Shown: one piece after another, positions 1 through 14,000 of the stretch
Numbering within the stretch: position 1 is the stretch's first letter
How the letters are laid out: each line of letters begins with the position of its first letter
Notes under the pieces: generated by a model
Seen by the model: only the letters and a program-made list of their open reading frames with translations
The model's database searches: none
What the model was told of the DNA's origin: nothing
DNA from: Ginglymostoma cirratum
Taxonomy: Eukaryota
Direction: 5' to 3'
Assembly: GCA_024137785.1 (NCBI GenBank)
Contig: JAHRHZ010000139.1
Span: 38,300,717 to 38,364,716 of the forward strand
DNA: 64,000 nucleotides
Translations under genes and position numbers: made by a program

Positions 1-449
1 ATGTGTTATTTTGCTGAAAGAATAACATTAAAAGAAAAATATTCTGATGTTAATTAAACTATTGTAAGTGCATAATTATGTGCATAAATATTCTGCAGTA
101 GTAAAGTCAAGGTACATCTCATCACCGCAGCACATTTTTATATTTGGAGTTTTGTTTATAAAATTACTGAAAATTAGCCATAATTTAGGCATGATTTTTC
201 TGATAGCAACTTTGGAACTTTTTACTAGTCAAAGTTCAGAGGACACCGTTCACAGGTTTATAGTTCTATTTAGGAGGTTGACATGACAACAGCAGATAGT
301 GATGTAGAATCGAGCACAGTTTGTCCATTAGCTTCATCCTCTAGCTAACACTGCAAGGACAGATGAATGAATGTGAGCAATTTCTCAGTGTGTAGAAAGT
401 CCCTTTTGTAATAAGGTTATGCGTGTGCTTATTTGGATTAAGAATAAAA

Positions 450-2180
450 TAATTGTAGAATGGCTACACCACAGAAGGAGGTCCATTATGTTCGTCCTGG
501 CTCTCTGCACGAACATATTTGGTAGTCTGATTCGTCTGCCTTTTCTTGTAACCCTGCATTTTTTTTCCTATTTAGATAATTATCTAATTATCTTGTGAAA
601 GTAAGAATTGAATCTGCCTCCATCAAACTCTCAGGGAATGGATTTGAGATCCTAAGCACCCACAATATGAAAGTAGTTTTCCTCAAGGGCCTTCTGGTCA
701 ATTTGGCTTTGACCTTAAGGTAGTGTCCGCTGGTTCTTGACCCTTCTACCCAAGGGAAAGATTTCTGGCTGTCTACTCTGTCCGGTTGCCTCAAGAATTT
801 GATCACCTCTATTAAATCTCCAATCAAACTCTCAGGAGAACATCGCAGCTTCTTTGATCTGTCTGTGTAGCTGAAGTCCCTCATCACTGCAGGCAGTCTT
901 GGCAATCTTTTCTTCATCTTCTTTAAAGTCTCCCAAATTGCGGTCCACAAAATTGGGTACTGTTCTCCAGTTTAGGCTAAATCCATGTTGTATAAAGGTT
1001 CGCCATGACTCCCTCCCTTTTGTTACTCTACTTCTAAAGCCCAGCATGCTCGACATCTTAGCAACAGTGTTCTCAACCTTCCCTATCAACATCAATGATT
1101 TGTTCATAGTCTGTGTTTCTGCCCTCTATTTTATATTGTGCCTTTTCCCATTCTTCACACTAAAATGTATCACTTTACATTTCTAAGTATTAGATTTCAT
1201 CTGCCACATCCCTGCCCATTCCACTAGTCATGGCATGTCCTCTTGACATGTGTCACTATCCGTTTCACAGCTCGCAATACTTAAAATATTTTGTGCTTGT
1301 CCTACACACGCAAACCATGGTCTTCAGTAGAAATCACAAAAAAAGTTGTTCTAATACTGACCCCAGGGGAACCTCACTATGTATCTTTCTGCAGTTATGA
1401 AGTAAGTGTTTGCCATTGCTTTCTGTTCCCTGTCACTCAACCAGCTTTGTATCCATGCTGCCGTTGTCCCTCTTCTTCCATAAGTGAGAGCTTTCCTATT
1501 GGAGAATGGCCACCATGGAGCTCTGAAAGAATTGTAACAACTGTGTCCAGTCCTAACAGAGAGGCTGAAACTTGTACAGAACCACCCCCACTCCCCCATC
1601 CCTTTCATGATTCTCACTTGGGATTTGTGACAATTTTCAAGCCTTCAGATGGGATCAAATTGGGAAAATGCCTGGGAAGCAATGCCATGAGCTTCAACTG
1701 TGTTGGCAAGATGATGTGGCAGTATATTGTATGCTTTAGTACAATGCACCACTGTGTGTCCCTCAGTGACTGCCTCTGTTACCTCATCCCAAAACGCAAT
1801 CAAGTTAAATCAATGCAAGTTTCTATTTACAAACCGAACTTGCTTTCAGACACGGATCCACCTTTGTGTAAGTGACTTTTAATTTTGTCCTGGGTTATCA
1901 TTTTTAAAAGTTTTCCCTGTACTGAGGTCAAATAGACTGGTTTCTGGTTATTGGTCGAGTCCTTACACCTGTCTGAACACTGCTGTAACGTTTGCACCCA
2001 TCAGTCCTCTGCTGCCAGTCCTGTATCTCAGGAGGATTGGAAGATTATGACGGGTGCCTACCCTGCATCCTTCCTTCCTTCGCTCCATATCCATAGATGC
2101 ATCTGTTCTGGATCAATTATTGTGATTCCCAATTTTAAGCATCTGTATTAAATCTTCTCTTCTGTGCTCAAGGACATTTA
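450..2180 (-). mobile_element. Old, fragmented CR1-type LINE (3' part of ORF2)
   Basis: Decayed similarity to the younger CR1 copies at 10567-11010 and 32921-33710; minus-strand peptide fragments GDLIEVIKFLR..DRVD..K.FP.VEGSRTSGH. Boundaries approximate. Confidence 0.65.
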
Positions 2181-2659
2181 TCAGTCTCTGCACGTAACTG
2201 AAGTTTGCCATCCAGACTACCAAGTTGGTTATTCTCCTCTGTACTAGCTGTAATGACTTGATACCATTTGAAAATGAATAATGCAAACGGTGAAGCAAGG
2301 CAGTAGTGAGGTGACCACTCAGCCCAAATCAGATGCTGAAGGGTCCCAGCTAAATTCTCATGCTTGTCTCCTCATCAAACCCTAGCAGCAAGTCCTCAGT
2401 TGGAAACCTGGTCACTACAGGAAGGATGAATGTCAAGTATTCCAGTTCCATTTCAGCCGACAGATGGAGAATTTATTCCCTGCTGATTGTCAATGCAGTC
2501 CTGATTTACAGCCAGTTTATCAACGGCTGCTTAAAAAAAGCAGGAAATATGTAGAAAGTCCTTCAACAATAACACAAGTAAGTGCCACACTGTCAATCCA
2601 AGAGATATCACAGGACAACCACAAGATGAAGGGGGTAAATGGATGTTAGGAATCAAAGC

Positions 2660-3000
2660 AGCTATGCTGATGCTACAGGAGTGAGGAGAGCAGATTGACA
2701 GCTTAGCTGTAATTTTGAGAAGGTTTTATTGAAAAAGAAAGTGTGAACGACATGTAAGAAATCAGGGAGACAATTCAAGGGAGTTGGACCAAGGCAATTG
2801 AAGGCTGCGGTGTCAATGGTGAAATGAAGGGGATGCAGGAAAGGCCAACATGAGCCAGCTGCAAGTTGTGGGAGGGGTGTAAAGAGGAGCTTGCAGCGAC
2901 AGAGGGATTTGGTTTTAAAGACGATGGTTTTAAACTGTAAGTGTTGTTTGCCAGGCTGGCAGTGCACATTGGGAGACAGCATTTCACAAGCTAGAGAAAT
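2660..3000 (-). mobile_element. Probable L2-type LINE 3' fragment
   Basis: Minus translation AAFNCLGPTPLNCLP resembles the L2 C-terminal AF...GP.LWN.LP motif. Confidence 0.45.
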
Positions 3001-3339
3001 CTGATTGAAGAGGATCAGATTTAAGAGATCAGATGAAAGACAGTGAATTCTGTGATATTCTGGCTGCGAATCTGAAATCTGATTTGAAAGAGAAGCCCAG
3101 AGGTTAGTACAAGAAAGGATACAATTTTCTCAAAGTCAATTAGAAGGATAGGCTGCTTTAAATGTTTGAACGAGGCGTTGCAATATAGTTCTGCAACTCT
3201 GGCACTCCCTTTGCTTACAAATGGCTGCTGTTAACATTATTTTAGGAAATTAGAGGCCAATGTTTCCAATGCAGACATTTTAGGACATTGAGGCACAAAA
3301 AAGAGGGAGATTGTAATGGATACAGCATAGCTGCAGACC

Positions 3340-4929
3340 ATAGATGGAATCTTAGAGGGGTCTGAGTGACATGGGCTGTGGTGAGATTTGTGACAAAATT
3401 TGTTGGAGCAATTTTATCTCTATGTTGGGAGCAACTCGTGCATTTACCAAGTGTTGAGGAAAGTTCCTCATTAGGCAGCAACAAACACGAGGGATTGTTG
3501 CTTGTTAAACACTTCGTTAACACCGCAGCACACCACATTAATATTCTGCTTCCTGTCTTACCAAATGCCCCGAGCAAGCTAGGCATGGAGAATTGTTGAA
3601 ATGCAGGTCAAAGCAGGTGGCTGGTGATTTCAGCTCACTGTTTGCTCTGTATCAGCCATTGGGTGCCAACATGTACTAGCCTGTAAGAGCCCCACATGGC
3701 TAATCTCCGAGCCATTTAACTTCACACTTCACACTTCGGGCTGCACCAGCAACCGTCACAGTAACATTGCAGCAAGGACACTGTGTCCTCGGCAACATGC
3801 ACCTAGCTTATGGAGTGGGCCAGGCTGCATCTCTGCGCTCATTACTTGATTTCTCTGAGCCAGAGTTCATAGCAATCCTGCCTTGCCTTGCCTTTGTGCA
3901 TATTAGCTCTCAGCCAGAGATACCAGCCTTGCTGGTTAGCAGAAGCACAAAACCAGAAAGTTTGTCAACAGCCCTCAGTCGAGTTTGGTACCCTTTTCTC
4001 AGGTATTCCTGGCACAGTAGGTTGAGGGCAGGCTTGGGTATCAGTGTAGGGGCTTGGCACGGTCAGGGCAGTCAGAATCCGGATCCTCTCCTGAATGTGG
4101 AGCAGAACACCACCTGTCTTGAATCTTCCTTCCCCATTGTGGGTCGTTTTGCTCCCAGGATGAGCAAGGGGCAGGTATCACGGGAGATGATGGAAGTGGG
4201 TGGCACAGCTGTTACTTTTGGGGCAGGTAGTTGGGTGGGGGGAGGGTGCGAGGCACAAGTTTGGGTGTCCTGCATGAGGAGTTGATAGAGCAGAGGGCAT
4301 GCAGGGTTACTGGTGTCAGGGATGGGAGGTTGGGTGAGAGTGAGTGGGGAAGACATTGCAGACAGTAATGAGAGCGGTACAGTAAGGAGAGAGAGACTGA
4401 GTGTGAGGTATCAGCAAGAAGAAGATGGTTCTTAGCCTGGAGGAGTGGAGAAGGACAGTGACCTCCTTCCTACAACTCTGAGACTGCACTGACCCGAGAG
4501 GAGCAAGCACGGACCAGGCTGGCATGGTCTGGTGCAGTGGCTTCCACTGACATCCTGCCTGTGAACTGTTCTATCCACTAGCTCGCTGGTGGCAAAGCAG
4601 GGTGCCACATTCCCATTGTGTACCACATCTGGGGCATTCGTCAGTACTGTGTACAGAAGCTCCAGAATGACAATGCCTGTCTGGGTGTGGACAACAGCCT
4701 TTTAAAAATGCCAAGTTAATTCTCAGACACCCTGGCTGTGGTGAGTTATTGAAGGAATGGTGTGTGGTAAAATGGGGCTGGAATCACACGTAAGGGATAC
4801 CATAGTAGGTGGGTAGTGAAGCTTGGAAGTTAATGAAGTGAGTTTCGTAAAATACAGTGACGAGTCTTGCTAGGACTCATGGCGAACAAGACCCACCCTC
4901 ACCAAAAAAAACCCAGAAGATTCAGCCCC
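3340..4929 (-). mobile_element. Decayed PIF/Harbinger-type DNA transposon with Myb/SANT-like ORF remnant
   Basis: Frameshifted minus-strand pieces APCFATSELVDRTVHRQDV and PAWSVLA...QSCRKEVTVLLHSSR (about 4430-4630) fit the Harbinger Myb-like pattern APRF...V..R....W..VA...QCRKK.NDL. The right end aagattcagccc (reverse gggctgaatctt) looks TIR-like. Left end uncertain. Confidence 0.55.
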
Positions 4930-4961
4930 ATGTTTCTTTCCTATTCAAATTCTGTGCCTTT

Positions 4962-5280
4962 TTTTTAAACTTGTTCATGGGATGTAGGTGTCACTGGCTG
5001 AGCCAGAATTTATTGCTAATCTCTTGATCACCCAGAAGAAGGTGGTGGAATGTTACCTTGAACTACTGCAGTCCTTGGGGTGTAGCTACACTGGCAGTGC
5101 TGTTAGAAAGGGAGATTTTGACCCAGTGAAGGCACAGTGATACAGTTCCAAGTCAGGATGATGTGTGGTTTGGATGGGAACGTGCAGGCAGTGGTGTTCC
5201 CATGTGCGTGCTGCCCTTGCCCAAATAGGTGGTAGTGGTCATTTGGTTTGGAAGGCTCTGGTAGAGGAACATTGGTGCGT
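4962..5280 (-). mobile_element. LINE 3' fragment, same family as 22795-23900
   Basis: Shares ttcatgggatgt.ggt.tcactgg...gaaggtggtgg...ttgaact.ctgcagtcc with copies at about 21270-21400, 22795 and 30945-31180. Confidence 0.65.
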
Positions 5281-6309
5281 TGCTGCTTATTGATCTGGAC
5301 AGAAACTAAGCTCTGTGTGTGTAGAGTGTCTATGTCTCCTCTATTTCCTGTAAAAGGTCCTGGTTCACTCACAAAGATGTGCCATCAAATATTAGTCAAA
5401 GAGTTAACATTAATTCTGTGGAAAAGAATGACACAGAATTCAGTAGCACTAAATAACAGTCAAAGAGATGTTTGAGGTCATTGAGGTAAATTTACTGCAC
5501 TTGATAGATACAGTAATTTGAATAAAATTCAGCGCAACATCCTATGTTATAATGTAATAAACAATCAAGTTAATGCTCCTAGTTCTCAGACTGACTGACC
5601 TTGTCTTATTAATTCCCCCTCAAACCTACTGTTGTCCTTTGAGCAGCGCAGTTATGTCAGAGCCTGTGTGAATAAAAAATAGTATTAGGACTTTTTTTTT
5701 TGTTTGAGGATGTGGAGGGTAAAGTTTGTGACTTTGTCGGTAATTATTAACTTTGGTCCGAAGATTACGGCTTTATGCCTGTCCACAGCCACCACCATCG
5801 GCAGGACATCCTCATGACTGAGCTCCATTTCAATTTAACGTCTGAGCTGAAAGCACTGAAGTAGTGTTAGCATCTGCAGTTCACGATTTTAAAGAGCTGG
5901 CTTTAATTTTGTGGGGTTCGGAGCAAGACACTTTCACCTTTTGAGCCCCACGGATAATTTCCAGCCACCATCATAAATTCCAAATTGATGGACCACTGGC
6001 GTGACTACTCACTGTCCTGATGCAAACAGCTTACTATACATGACCCCGCTCATTGAAAATTGCAAACCAGGTCCTAGCTATTGCAGGACACTAATTTGTA
6101 TTTTAATTGACTCCTGCCTGTTTCAGGCAGAGGTTCTGGTTGTCCATTTAAAAGCCTGACTGAAAATCCTGCAATGGCATCAAATGTTATCCAAAGTTCT
6201 CATCAACTTTGGCTCTGCTGATCAGCTGGCAAGAGGGCAGGCCGCATTTCAGTAATGATCCCCTCATCCTGTCACTTCTAGTTCTTTGCCTTTTCACGCT
6301 TGTTGAATA

Positions 6310-6695
6310 GATGTGGTCGCTCACTGGGCTCTGAGCCAAAAAGTTTGTAGGTTCAAGCGTCACTTGAAAAACTTGAACACCTAACCTATGCTACTGAGGG
6401 ATTCCTGCGCTGTCAGAGTGCTATCTTTCAGATGGGCTATCCTTTCAGATGGAAGTAAAAGATCCCAGGCCACAATTTCAATGAAGCGCAGAGTAGTTCT
6501 CCCATTTTACCCTTCATCTAGCATCACTGAGAGGTATCTGATCATTCCATCATTGTGGTTTGTGGAATTTTGCTGGGTATAAATTGGCTACCACCTTTCC
6601 GAAATTATTACATTTCAGAAGTACTTGATTGGCTTTCAGCCATTTTGGGAGGTTCTGAACTGGTGAAAGGTGCCATGCAAATACAAGTCTTTGCT
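6310..6695 (+). mobile_element. Deu-domain SINE (SacSINE1/AmnSINE-like)
   Basis: tRNA-like head (gtaggttcaag), central gtaaaagatccc.ggc.c.atttc, and tail agtactt.attggct...gtgaaaggtgc.atg/ata.aaat.caagtc; related copies at 48075-48505 and 62140-62905. Confidence 0.7.
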
Positions 6696-9389
6696 TCTTC
6701 CTTCCAGCTTTCAGGATTTTCCCCAAAACAGTTTTCGCAGAGTCAACGTTGCACATGAAAGCTGCCTAAATTTTGGCAGATAATTGGCATTAAACTAATA
6801 ACCTCCCACGGAGAGCCAACACACTCAAATCCAATGTATTTTCCAGCTCTGGAAGGGTATCTTTTACAGCTGAAGTTGGGGCTTAAATTTGAATCAGCAG
6901 AGAGGGACTGTCCCTTTCCTTTCTCTCTGGTTATGCTACACCTGACCTCCCAGCGTCTAGTGTTAATACGAGCTGCCCAAAATAGGGCAGGAAAGCAGTT
7001 GGTGTGTCATATTACCATGATTGCTTGAGGAAATGTACTCAATGCAATGGACAAATGACAGCCATTCTCCAGAACATCTGTGTCTACAGAATTGTTTCTT
7101 TACAAATGTGGATTTGACAGCCCTCAACTTTAATCTAACCTTCCCACATCAGGATTTTCCAAAACACACATGCCATAATCAATAATAATGCACCTCACTT
7201 TGAAACGAGACTTTATAGTGTATGGTCTTAATGAAGCAAGGAAAGTTGATTTGTGAGGCATTGAAATTTTTAACTAGCATGGAACAAAATTCACAGTCAG
7301 GCTGATTGTGTGGGAATGGCATAGTTAATGGTTTTAGGATTAATGCAGGGAGCGGCTCTGGAAATGGTGTTGGTGCTGGGAGTGGCTTTGGCATTCGGAA
7401 TAATACTGGGATGGGAGGGGGAGGGATTCACTCGTCGCAGCTGTCATCACAATTCAACTCTTTGATGTTGCCCCGAAAGGTGAACACCATTGCTACTGAG
7501 ACCTGTAATTGATGTGGAATGGCCTAAGATGTGGTCAGAGATAGATCGCGAGTTTCAGGAAAGATTTAGAAGTGCAGGATCACAACGACTGCAACATCTA
7601 CAGCCACAGGACAAGAGAAACACATTGTAAAGCGGAACTGGAAGAGCAACAGGTACAAAGGGCACATGTGGCCAGAAGAGTTTGCAAAGGTAATGTGGAA
7701 TATAAGCAAAAGGTGGAGAGGATTTTTAATTCATTGTTTGGTGGGGAATGGGAATCAAAGTGGAGGAAACTAGTGAATGGGATTTAAGACCGTGAAAGAT
7801 GTATATAGCACGAGTGTTTTCTGCTTTCCTATATATGCCTGTTTTTAACCTGTAATGCCTTTGTAGGTGTGAGTGAAAAATTGTCATCTTATTGGAGTAA
7901 TTATTTTGGTGCAGACTTACTGCTGAGGGAAATATTCCGTCATAACTGAGCTAATCCAAATATAAACCACCTAAGTTAGGTGAGAGCGCCAGAAAATTAT
8001 AGCACGAGTCTGCCCCTTTCTAACCCCATCCCAGGATTCTTTGAAGTAATAATGGCTGAGCAAGAAGGAACAAGTCCTTTTATTTGGAGAATTTTTCACT
8101 TTCAGAAACTTAGCTGGGGGAAATTGACTTACAACTGTGCAAGGGTAGGCGTTAGAAGCGTTAAGGAGAACAGCATGTTGAAAGTAAAGAGACAATTCTT
8201 ATTATGAATTAGCCGTTCTGCAAATTAGTTGTAAACTGTGACACACACATCGCCTAAAGTATAATGTCATGCATTAGAGAGCTTGCAATGCTGAGTGCTG
8301 GCTTAAGTAGGAGATGAGTCAGTGTTGCGATGGGTGATATCCCCTTTTGGAGTCACCCAATCTGTTCTTCTATCTGTACGTGGTGGTAAGCTGATCTACT
8401 TTAGAGGATCTGAATGCCTGGCTCCTTCATAGCTTTCATGAAGCATGTTAGATATGTGTTGTTGTCACAGTGTGATGCACTGATCTCAGCAGCTGCAGCC
8501 TGACAGCTTATGTAGACAAGTGCAGTGTGTTGTCATTCTGTGTCTTGGAAATACCTGCTTCTGGTGCTTATACGGTGACTTGGGGAGATTTGCTATGTGA
8601 GCAGGATGGACGATTCCTTCATTAGTGAGTTGATCGCATTTTTTCTTGAAACTCTCCATTTGTGTTTCATAATATGCTGTGGAAGGGCTATTTTTAATAT
8701 TGATAAATTCTTGGCACTGCTCATTTTACCAGGAAATGTTTTCATGAATGAATTATGGTCTGGTTCCGAGTTCTGTTGAAGGGATGAGGTCTGTTTAAAG
8801 GAGAATGAGGGTTGTGACAATTGTGGCCTCGATGCTAAAATTCTGCTTTGACTTGAAGGTTCTCCATCATATTAACATGTTTACTCTAAGCAGGAATGTA
8901 ATCTTTTCAGTAAGAAAATTCACAATGTTTTAGACCAAACTTTAAATACGCAGTCTCTGGGTTACAAGTAGCATAACAGTTACTATTCCCAACCAGTGCA
9001 GCTCACTGTCTTTGTATTTGCTGCATTTTTGTGATTCCCTTCCAATATTAAAGAGAAATATCGTGCCATTACAGTGAAGTGCTATTTGTCAAACTCTTCA
9101 TATTGATTTGGTTCTAACCCCTAAGGAATGGTTTTGCTAGTGCATAGCTCTTCTGACTATCAAAGATAATTTCATGCCTTTTACGACAGACTAAGCTTCC
9201 CCCATAACCTTCACATACATGTGTCTATGGTAAACTTTAATTGACTAGTTAATATTACAGGTTCAACTTTCAGAATCTAGGACAAGAGAATCTGTTCACA
9301 ATGTTATGGGCATAAACCGTTTAGAAAATAGGAAGCATCCCCTGAATATGAATAACATTGTGCGAAGGTCCAAGCCCAAGATTAATATT

Positions 9390-9885
9390 AGTGAGTAAAT
9401 ATAATATGGGCTCATGGGACAACATTGTAGGGCTAGTCATTGAGGCAATCAAATAGTTGTAATGCTGCACTCCATTTTGTTTTGTCTCCCTGCTATGAAT
9501 TGAAACATACAAGAGACAGAGGAGAGTTGACAGGGTAGATATAGAGAGGTTGTTTCCCCTTGTGGGAGAGTCTGAGACCAGAGGACATCCTCCCACAGTA
9601 AGGGGTTGCCCATTTAAATTTGAGATGAGGTGAAATTACTTCTCTCAGAGGGAAGTGAATTTGTGGAATTATTTATCTCAGCCTTGAATGTACTTAATGA
9701 TCTGACCTCAGCAGCCCTCCACGGTAGACAGATTTTAATCAGTAAGGGAATTGAGGATTATGGGGAAAAAGCACGAAAGTGGAATTGACGATTAACAGAT
9801 TATCCATGATCTCATTTGAATGGCAAAGCAGACCCAATGGACTGAATGGCCTGCTTTTGCTCCTACATCCTATGGCCTTACAGCA
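9390..9885 (+). mobile_element. CR1 LINE 3' fragment
   Basis: IETYK...RVDIERLFPLVGESETRGH coding remnant plus the CR1 3' UTR ccatgatctc..tgaatggc...gaatggcct.ctt.tgctcct. Confidence 0.8.
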
Positions 9886-10050
9886 TAATATTGAATGTAT
9901 AACATAGGAATAGGCCGTTTAGTCTGTGTTGTTATGTCTGCTCATCACTACCTCATCGAACTCTCCATGCGTATGCTTGCTTTAATTTTTTGTCGGTGGA
10001 CATGAGAGAGATTCTGATTAAGATAATTGTTGTTACCTTAAGCGATAATG

Positions 10051-10272
10051 AAAGCAAAATACTGCAGGTGCTGGAAATTTGAAATAAAAACAGAGAATGC
10101 TGGAGAAACTCAGCAAGTCTGGCAGCATCTGTGGAACATAGAAGACAGTAATATTTCATGTCCAATATGATGATACTTAAAGGCTCTTACCTGACTTGAA
10201 ACATTAACTCCTTCTCTGACTCCATAGATGCTGCCAGAGTAACTTCAGCGATTTCTGTTTTTAATTTTAGAG
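10051..10272. mobile_element. Two Penelope-like terminal fragments in inverted arrangement
   Basis: 10051-10170 is the reverse complement of the PLE tail seen at 44260-44368; about 10190-10272 is the same tail in forward sense (gaaacattaactc...agatgctgccaga). Confidence 0.7.
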
Positions 10273-10566
10273 TCTATGGGTTCATTTTCCCAATAGGTTA
10301 AATTTTCAGTGAAGCAATAATGGCCCTAAATAAGTAATTTAAAAAAGGCTTTTGTTTTACTGTCTGATGTACAGTGCAGTACCATCTGCTATATATATCG
10401 TGGAGGTGACTGACGTTGTGGATGGGAATATCAGTGACTCTCCACTTCAAATCATAAAAACACTGGTGTTAGGATGTCAAAATGTCATACAATTTCATCA
10501 TCACAATGTGTGGACATAGTAGTACTTCTGTTCCCATAAAGGGAACCTTAAGATGGGCAGTGACAG

Positions 10567-11010
10567 ATAAGACCATAAGACCATAAGACATAGGAGTGGA
10601 AGTAAGGCCATTCGGCCCATCGAGTCCACCCCGTCTTTTAATCATGGCTGATGGGCATTTCAACTCCACTTACCCGCACTCCCCCCATAGCCCTTGATTC
10701 CTTGCGAGATCAAGAACTTATCAATCTCTGCCTTGAAGACATTTAACGTCCCGGCCTCCACTGCGCTCCGTGGCAATGAATTCCACAGGCCCACCACTCT
10801 CTGGCTGAAGAAATGTCTCCTCATTTCCGTTCTAAATTGACCCCCTCTAATTCTAAGGCTGTGCCCATGGGTCCTAGTGTCCCCACCTAACGGAAACAAC
10901 TTCCCAGCGTCCACCCTTTCTAAGCCATGCATTATCTTGTAAGTTTCTATTAGATCTCCCCTCAACCTTCTAAACTCTAATGAATACAATCCCAGGATCC
11001 TCAGCCGTTC
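10567..11010 (-). mobile_element. Young 5'-truncated CR1 LINE
   Basis: Open ORF2 C-terminus LGLYSLEFRRLRGDLIETYKI...FFSQRVVGLWNSLP; 3' tail of short repeats (ccataaga)n on the + strand. Confidence 0.93.
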
Positions 11011-14000
11011 AGATAGGGGAGAGTAGCAATTGTGTGGGCTGCTGGCTAAGAATTGATGCAATCCAACAGAGGATACTTCAATCTAAATAAATATGATAAA
11101 CTATTTACAATTTAACACCTCACTTTTGTCTGAATGTAGGCATTTCAGCACACAATTCCAATTTGGAAACATTATCATCAGGTACATGTTGTTTTGAAAC
11201 GTTTCCCCAGTCAACGCTCGCATCAGTTTTGGTGCTCAGATTGTTTCTTGCTTGTTAAACAAGAATGTGCTTATAATCCAAAGTTATAAACCTAGCAAGA
11301 AAAGCAAGTTTGACAATGGATATAAATTGTATCCTTGCTCTATTTTGGAGAGGGGATCCTATAATTAGAGGAGCATAATTCATGCAGCCCTCAGAGCTCA
11401 ATTATTACGGTGTTGCTATCTGTATATATTTGAGTGTGTTCACTGTTCCTCATCTAATGTGGGGATCGCTTTCATTCAGTCTATCTGTTGATGTGGGACC
11501 ACAGATAGAATCAGTAATAGTCTACTGGGAAAAGGACAAGTATTACAGTCTCTCTGTCAATCAGTAAGTCAGTGTGAATAAGGAAATGTACACAGACCCT
11601 GGTAGGCTGATAGCGGGGTATCTATTCAGTCACCGATTGTCAACATCACTTTGACTGATAAATTAAAAGAACATGAGAGAGGTTTGACTACAATTAAACA
11701 AAAGAACATAACGAAATGTTAATTCGCAGATGCAAAGGATTTCTTTTGTACCTATGTCTTTCTTTGTTTTCAAGTAAATCTGAACCTGCAGAAGTCTGAA
11801 TTTACCAAATTTGGATCTTTTCACATACAATCAAAATAATGGTCTATTTTGTATGACTTAATGTCTGGAATTCATACTGGTGCTCAGCCCTGTAACAGAG
11901 CATAAGACTTGTCATTATCGGACTACTTTGGGTTTTGGGTTTCATGGTGACTGTTGTTTTGAGTAACAAATGAGAAACTTAAACTCTCCACTTATAAGAT
12001 AAGTGATAGGAGTTGCTACAATATTGTGATTACTGATCTCCCACAACGTATATTTTTAACTAGCATTACAGAGCCTATTCCATCCTGATTACCTATTATG
12101 TGCCTACACTGTCGATATGTCACAATGTGTTTCTCTCAAGCCCTCTTCCATAACATGTGAAGCAATAAGAACAGTATATAACACTGCAACATATCGATCG
12201 ACAATGACAGTGTGACCATATCGCTCCTCTTAGTTCTGTGACTAGTAATTGGCAGCTATTTAACCTAATGGGATTTTTTGGGATAACTATATTTTCCATT
12301 TCCTTCAAATCTTCTCTTTGAATTGTAAACAACATCTCTTACGAGTTTGCTACAGTTGGTTTTAATGCATATTCTGGCTACATTTAGAAAAAGTTAAGAT
12401 CATACTGAAAAATATTCTGTAACACTTAAAAACAACAATCAAGCCCTGATATCTTGCATCCAGTAGAAACAACTGGCATCAGTCTCCAGATCTGCTAAAA
12501 CCTTTAGATGACTGCAGTTCTGTGATATTAATTCCAACGTTAAGTGAATCCATGTTAAATTTGATCCTGATGAATTAAAAGGCATCTAGAACTCAGAGTA
12601 TCTTTTGTTTGATATATTTTGCCTTGCACTAATTCTTTGAGCGCTGCAGTAACATATGTAAGTAGTTTTGACTAAAACATTGCTTGTTCTTAAGCCAAGT
12701 ACATGACAAATTAGATAATAAACGAAAAGTCAAAGTCAGATTCCAAACTGTCCTGCATTCCAGTATTTTTCAGTAACCTGCTCTGGTACACACTGCAGAA
12801 TTTGCTTTTCAAATGCATCCTCTAGCTGAATATGTGATTCACCAGATATGGAACACAATGTATAACTGTATCGCTGTCCATGTTTTTCCTTTTAATTACC
12901 CTGTTAAATAAAAACTGAGGTCACTTCATTTATGTGAATCTTGGGGAAAAAAACTCTAGTATAACAGTAACATTTACTGAAGGAGCTATCATCAGTCTTC
13001 AAGTGTAATTTGAGCGTCTCGCTTATTTCTTTAGGCTAATTTTAAAAGTCTGCGGGGGAGAGAAAGAATCATTAAGTATAATCAATAAATGTACAACATA
13101 TTAAATTAGCCTCCTTTCAGGGGATATAACGAGAGTCTGTCTCCTGCTTATTAAGGAGCTCAATGATCCTAATTTCTGTAAGTCACATTTTCATGACAGT
13201 CAAATTATACAGCTTTTATAGTTTGTTTTCTTTGTCTTTAGTCAATGCAGGTCTTAAGAAGAACAATTTTATTGAACAAGTAAACTCAGTGGACACTGAC
13301 AAAAACTTGTATGTTGTTGTCCATACAGCAATAATTTAACTAGAAATAGAAGTGCAACTCTTAACTGGAGAGCTCAGTGGCTCAATGCAATCTTAATTTT
13401 GAGCTTTTTATAAAGTCAGAAGCTGAATGTTTGTTCATTGACAGATACGCATCTCTACTATCTTAAAAAAATAGGAAGAACAGGGGGAACCAAATTAGCA
13501 ACAGCTGGGATAGCAGAATTTTGAAAGATGTTGGAAGACCAAGCCGAAAGGAACACTGTCGTCAGATTTCTATCAGAAAAGGCTATGAACCATTTCAGAA
13601 CTGGATAGACCTGGATTTTACAGAGAGACTATATTCTTCCATATATGTCCTGAACAAATGAACAAACAGTAAATGAGTGGTACTGTTCTGAACTGCTCTT
13701 GTCTACCTTAAAATGATATTCAATTCTGGATTATTTCCTGTCATTCCAAAATCTTACTCTCTTTACTTGTTGAAAACTCTCTAACTGTCCTTCTTTGAAC
13801 CAGTTTAGTAAAACATCTTTTTGTTAATTCTTATTATCAATAATATGCTGGCATGCTTAATACATTTAAAGTCATGTTTTTTGTCCACAGTTTATATTAC
13901 ATTAATATAATTCCAGTGGTAGGTGATAGTTGGGTTCCTTCTTAGCAACAAAACGTTTTCTATTCTGAAATTGAATGCAGGATTATTCAAAGTAAGTAGT

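Noticed and set aside
2360-2554. ORF containing TTGRMNVK, reminiscent of the STGRMMLK end of the preceding PLCE1 exon as I recall it
   Set aside because: No phase-1 donor after the Lys codon and no further similarity; the preceding exon is probably upstream of the window.
8300-8830. Possible decayed retroelement coding region
   Set aside because: No motif could be read convincingly in any frame.
11382-11570. 61-aa ORF ending at a consensus donor CA|gtaagt, a possible alternative first exon
   Set aside because: The donor is phase 2 in that frame while the 30560 exon needs phase 1; the phase-1 frame has a stop at 11518-11520 and no ATG after it.
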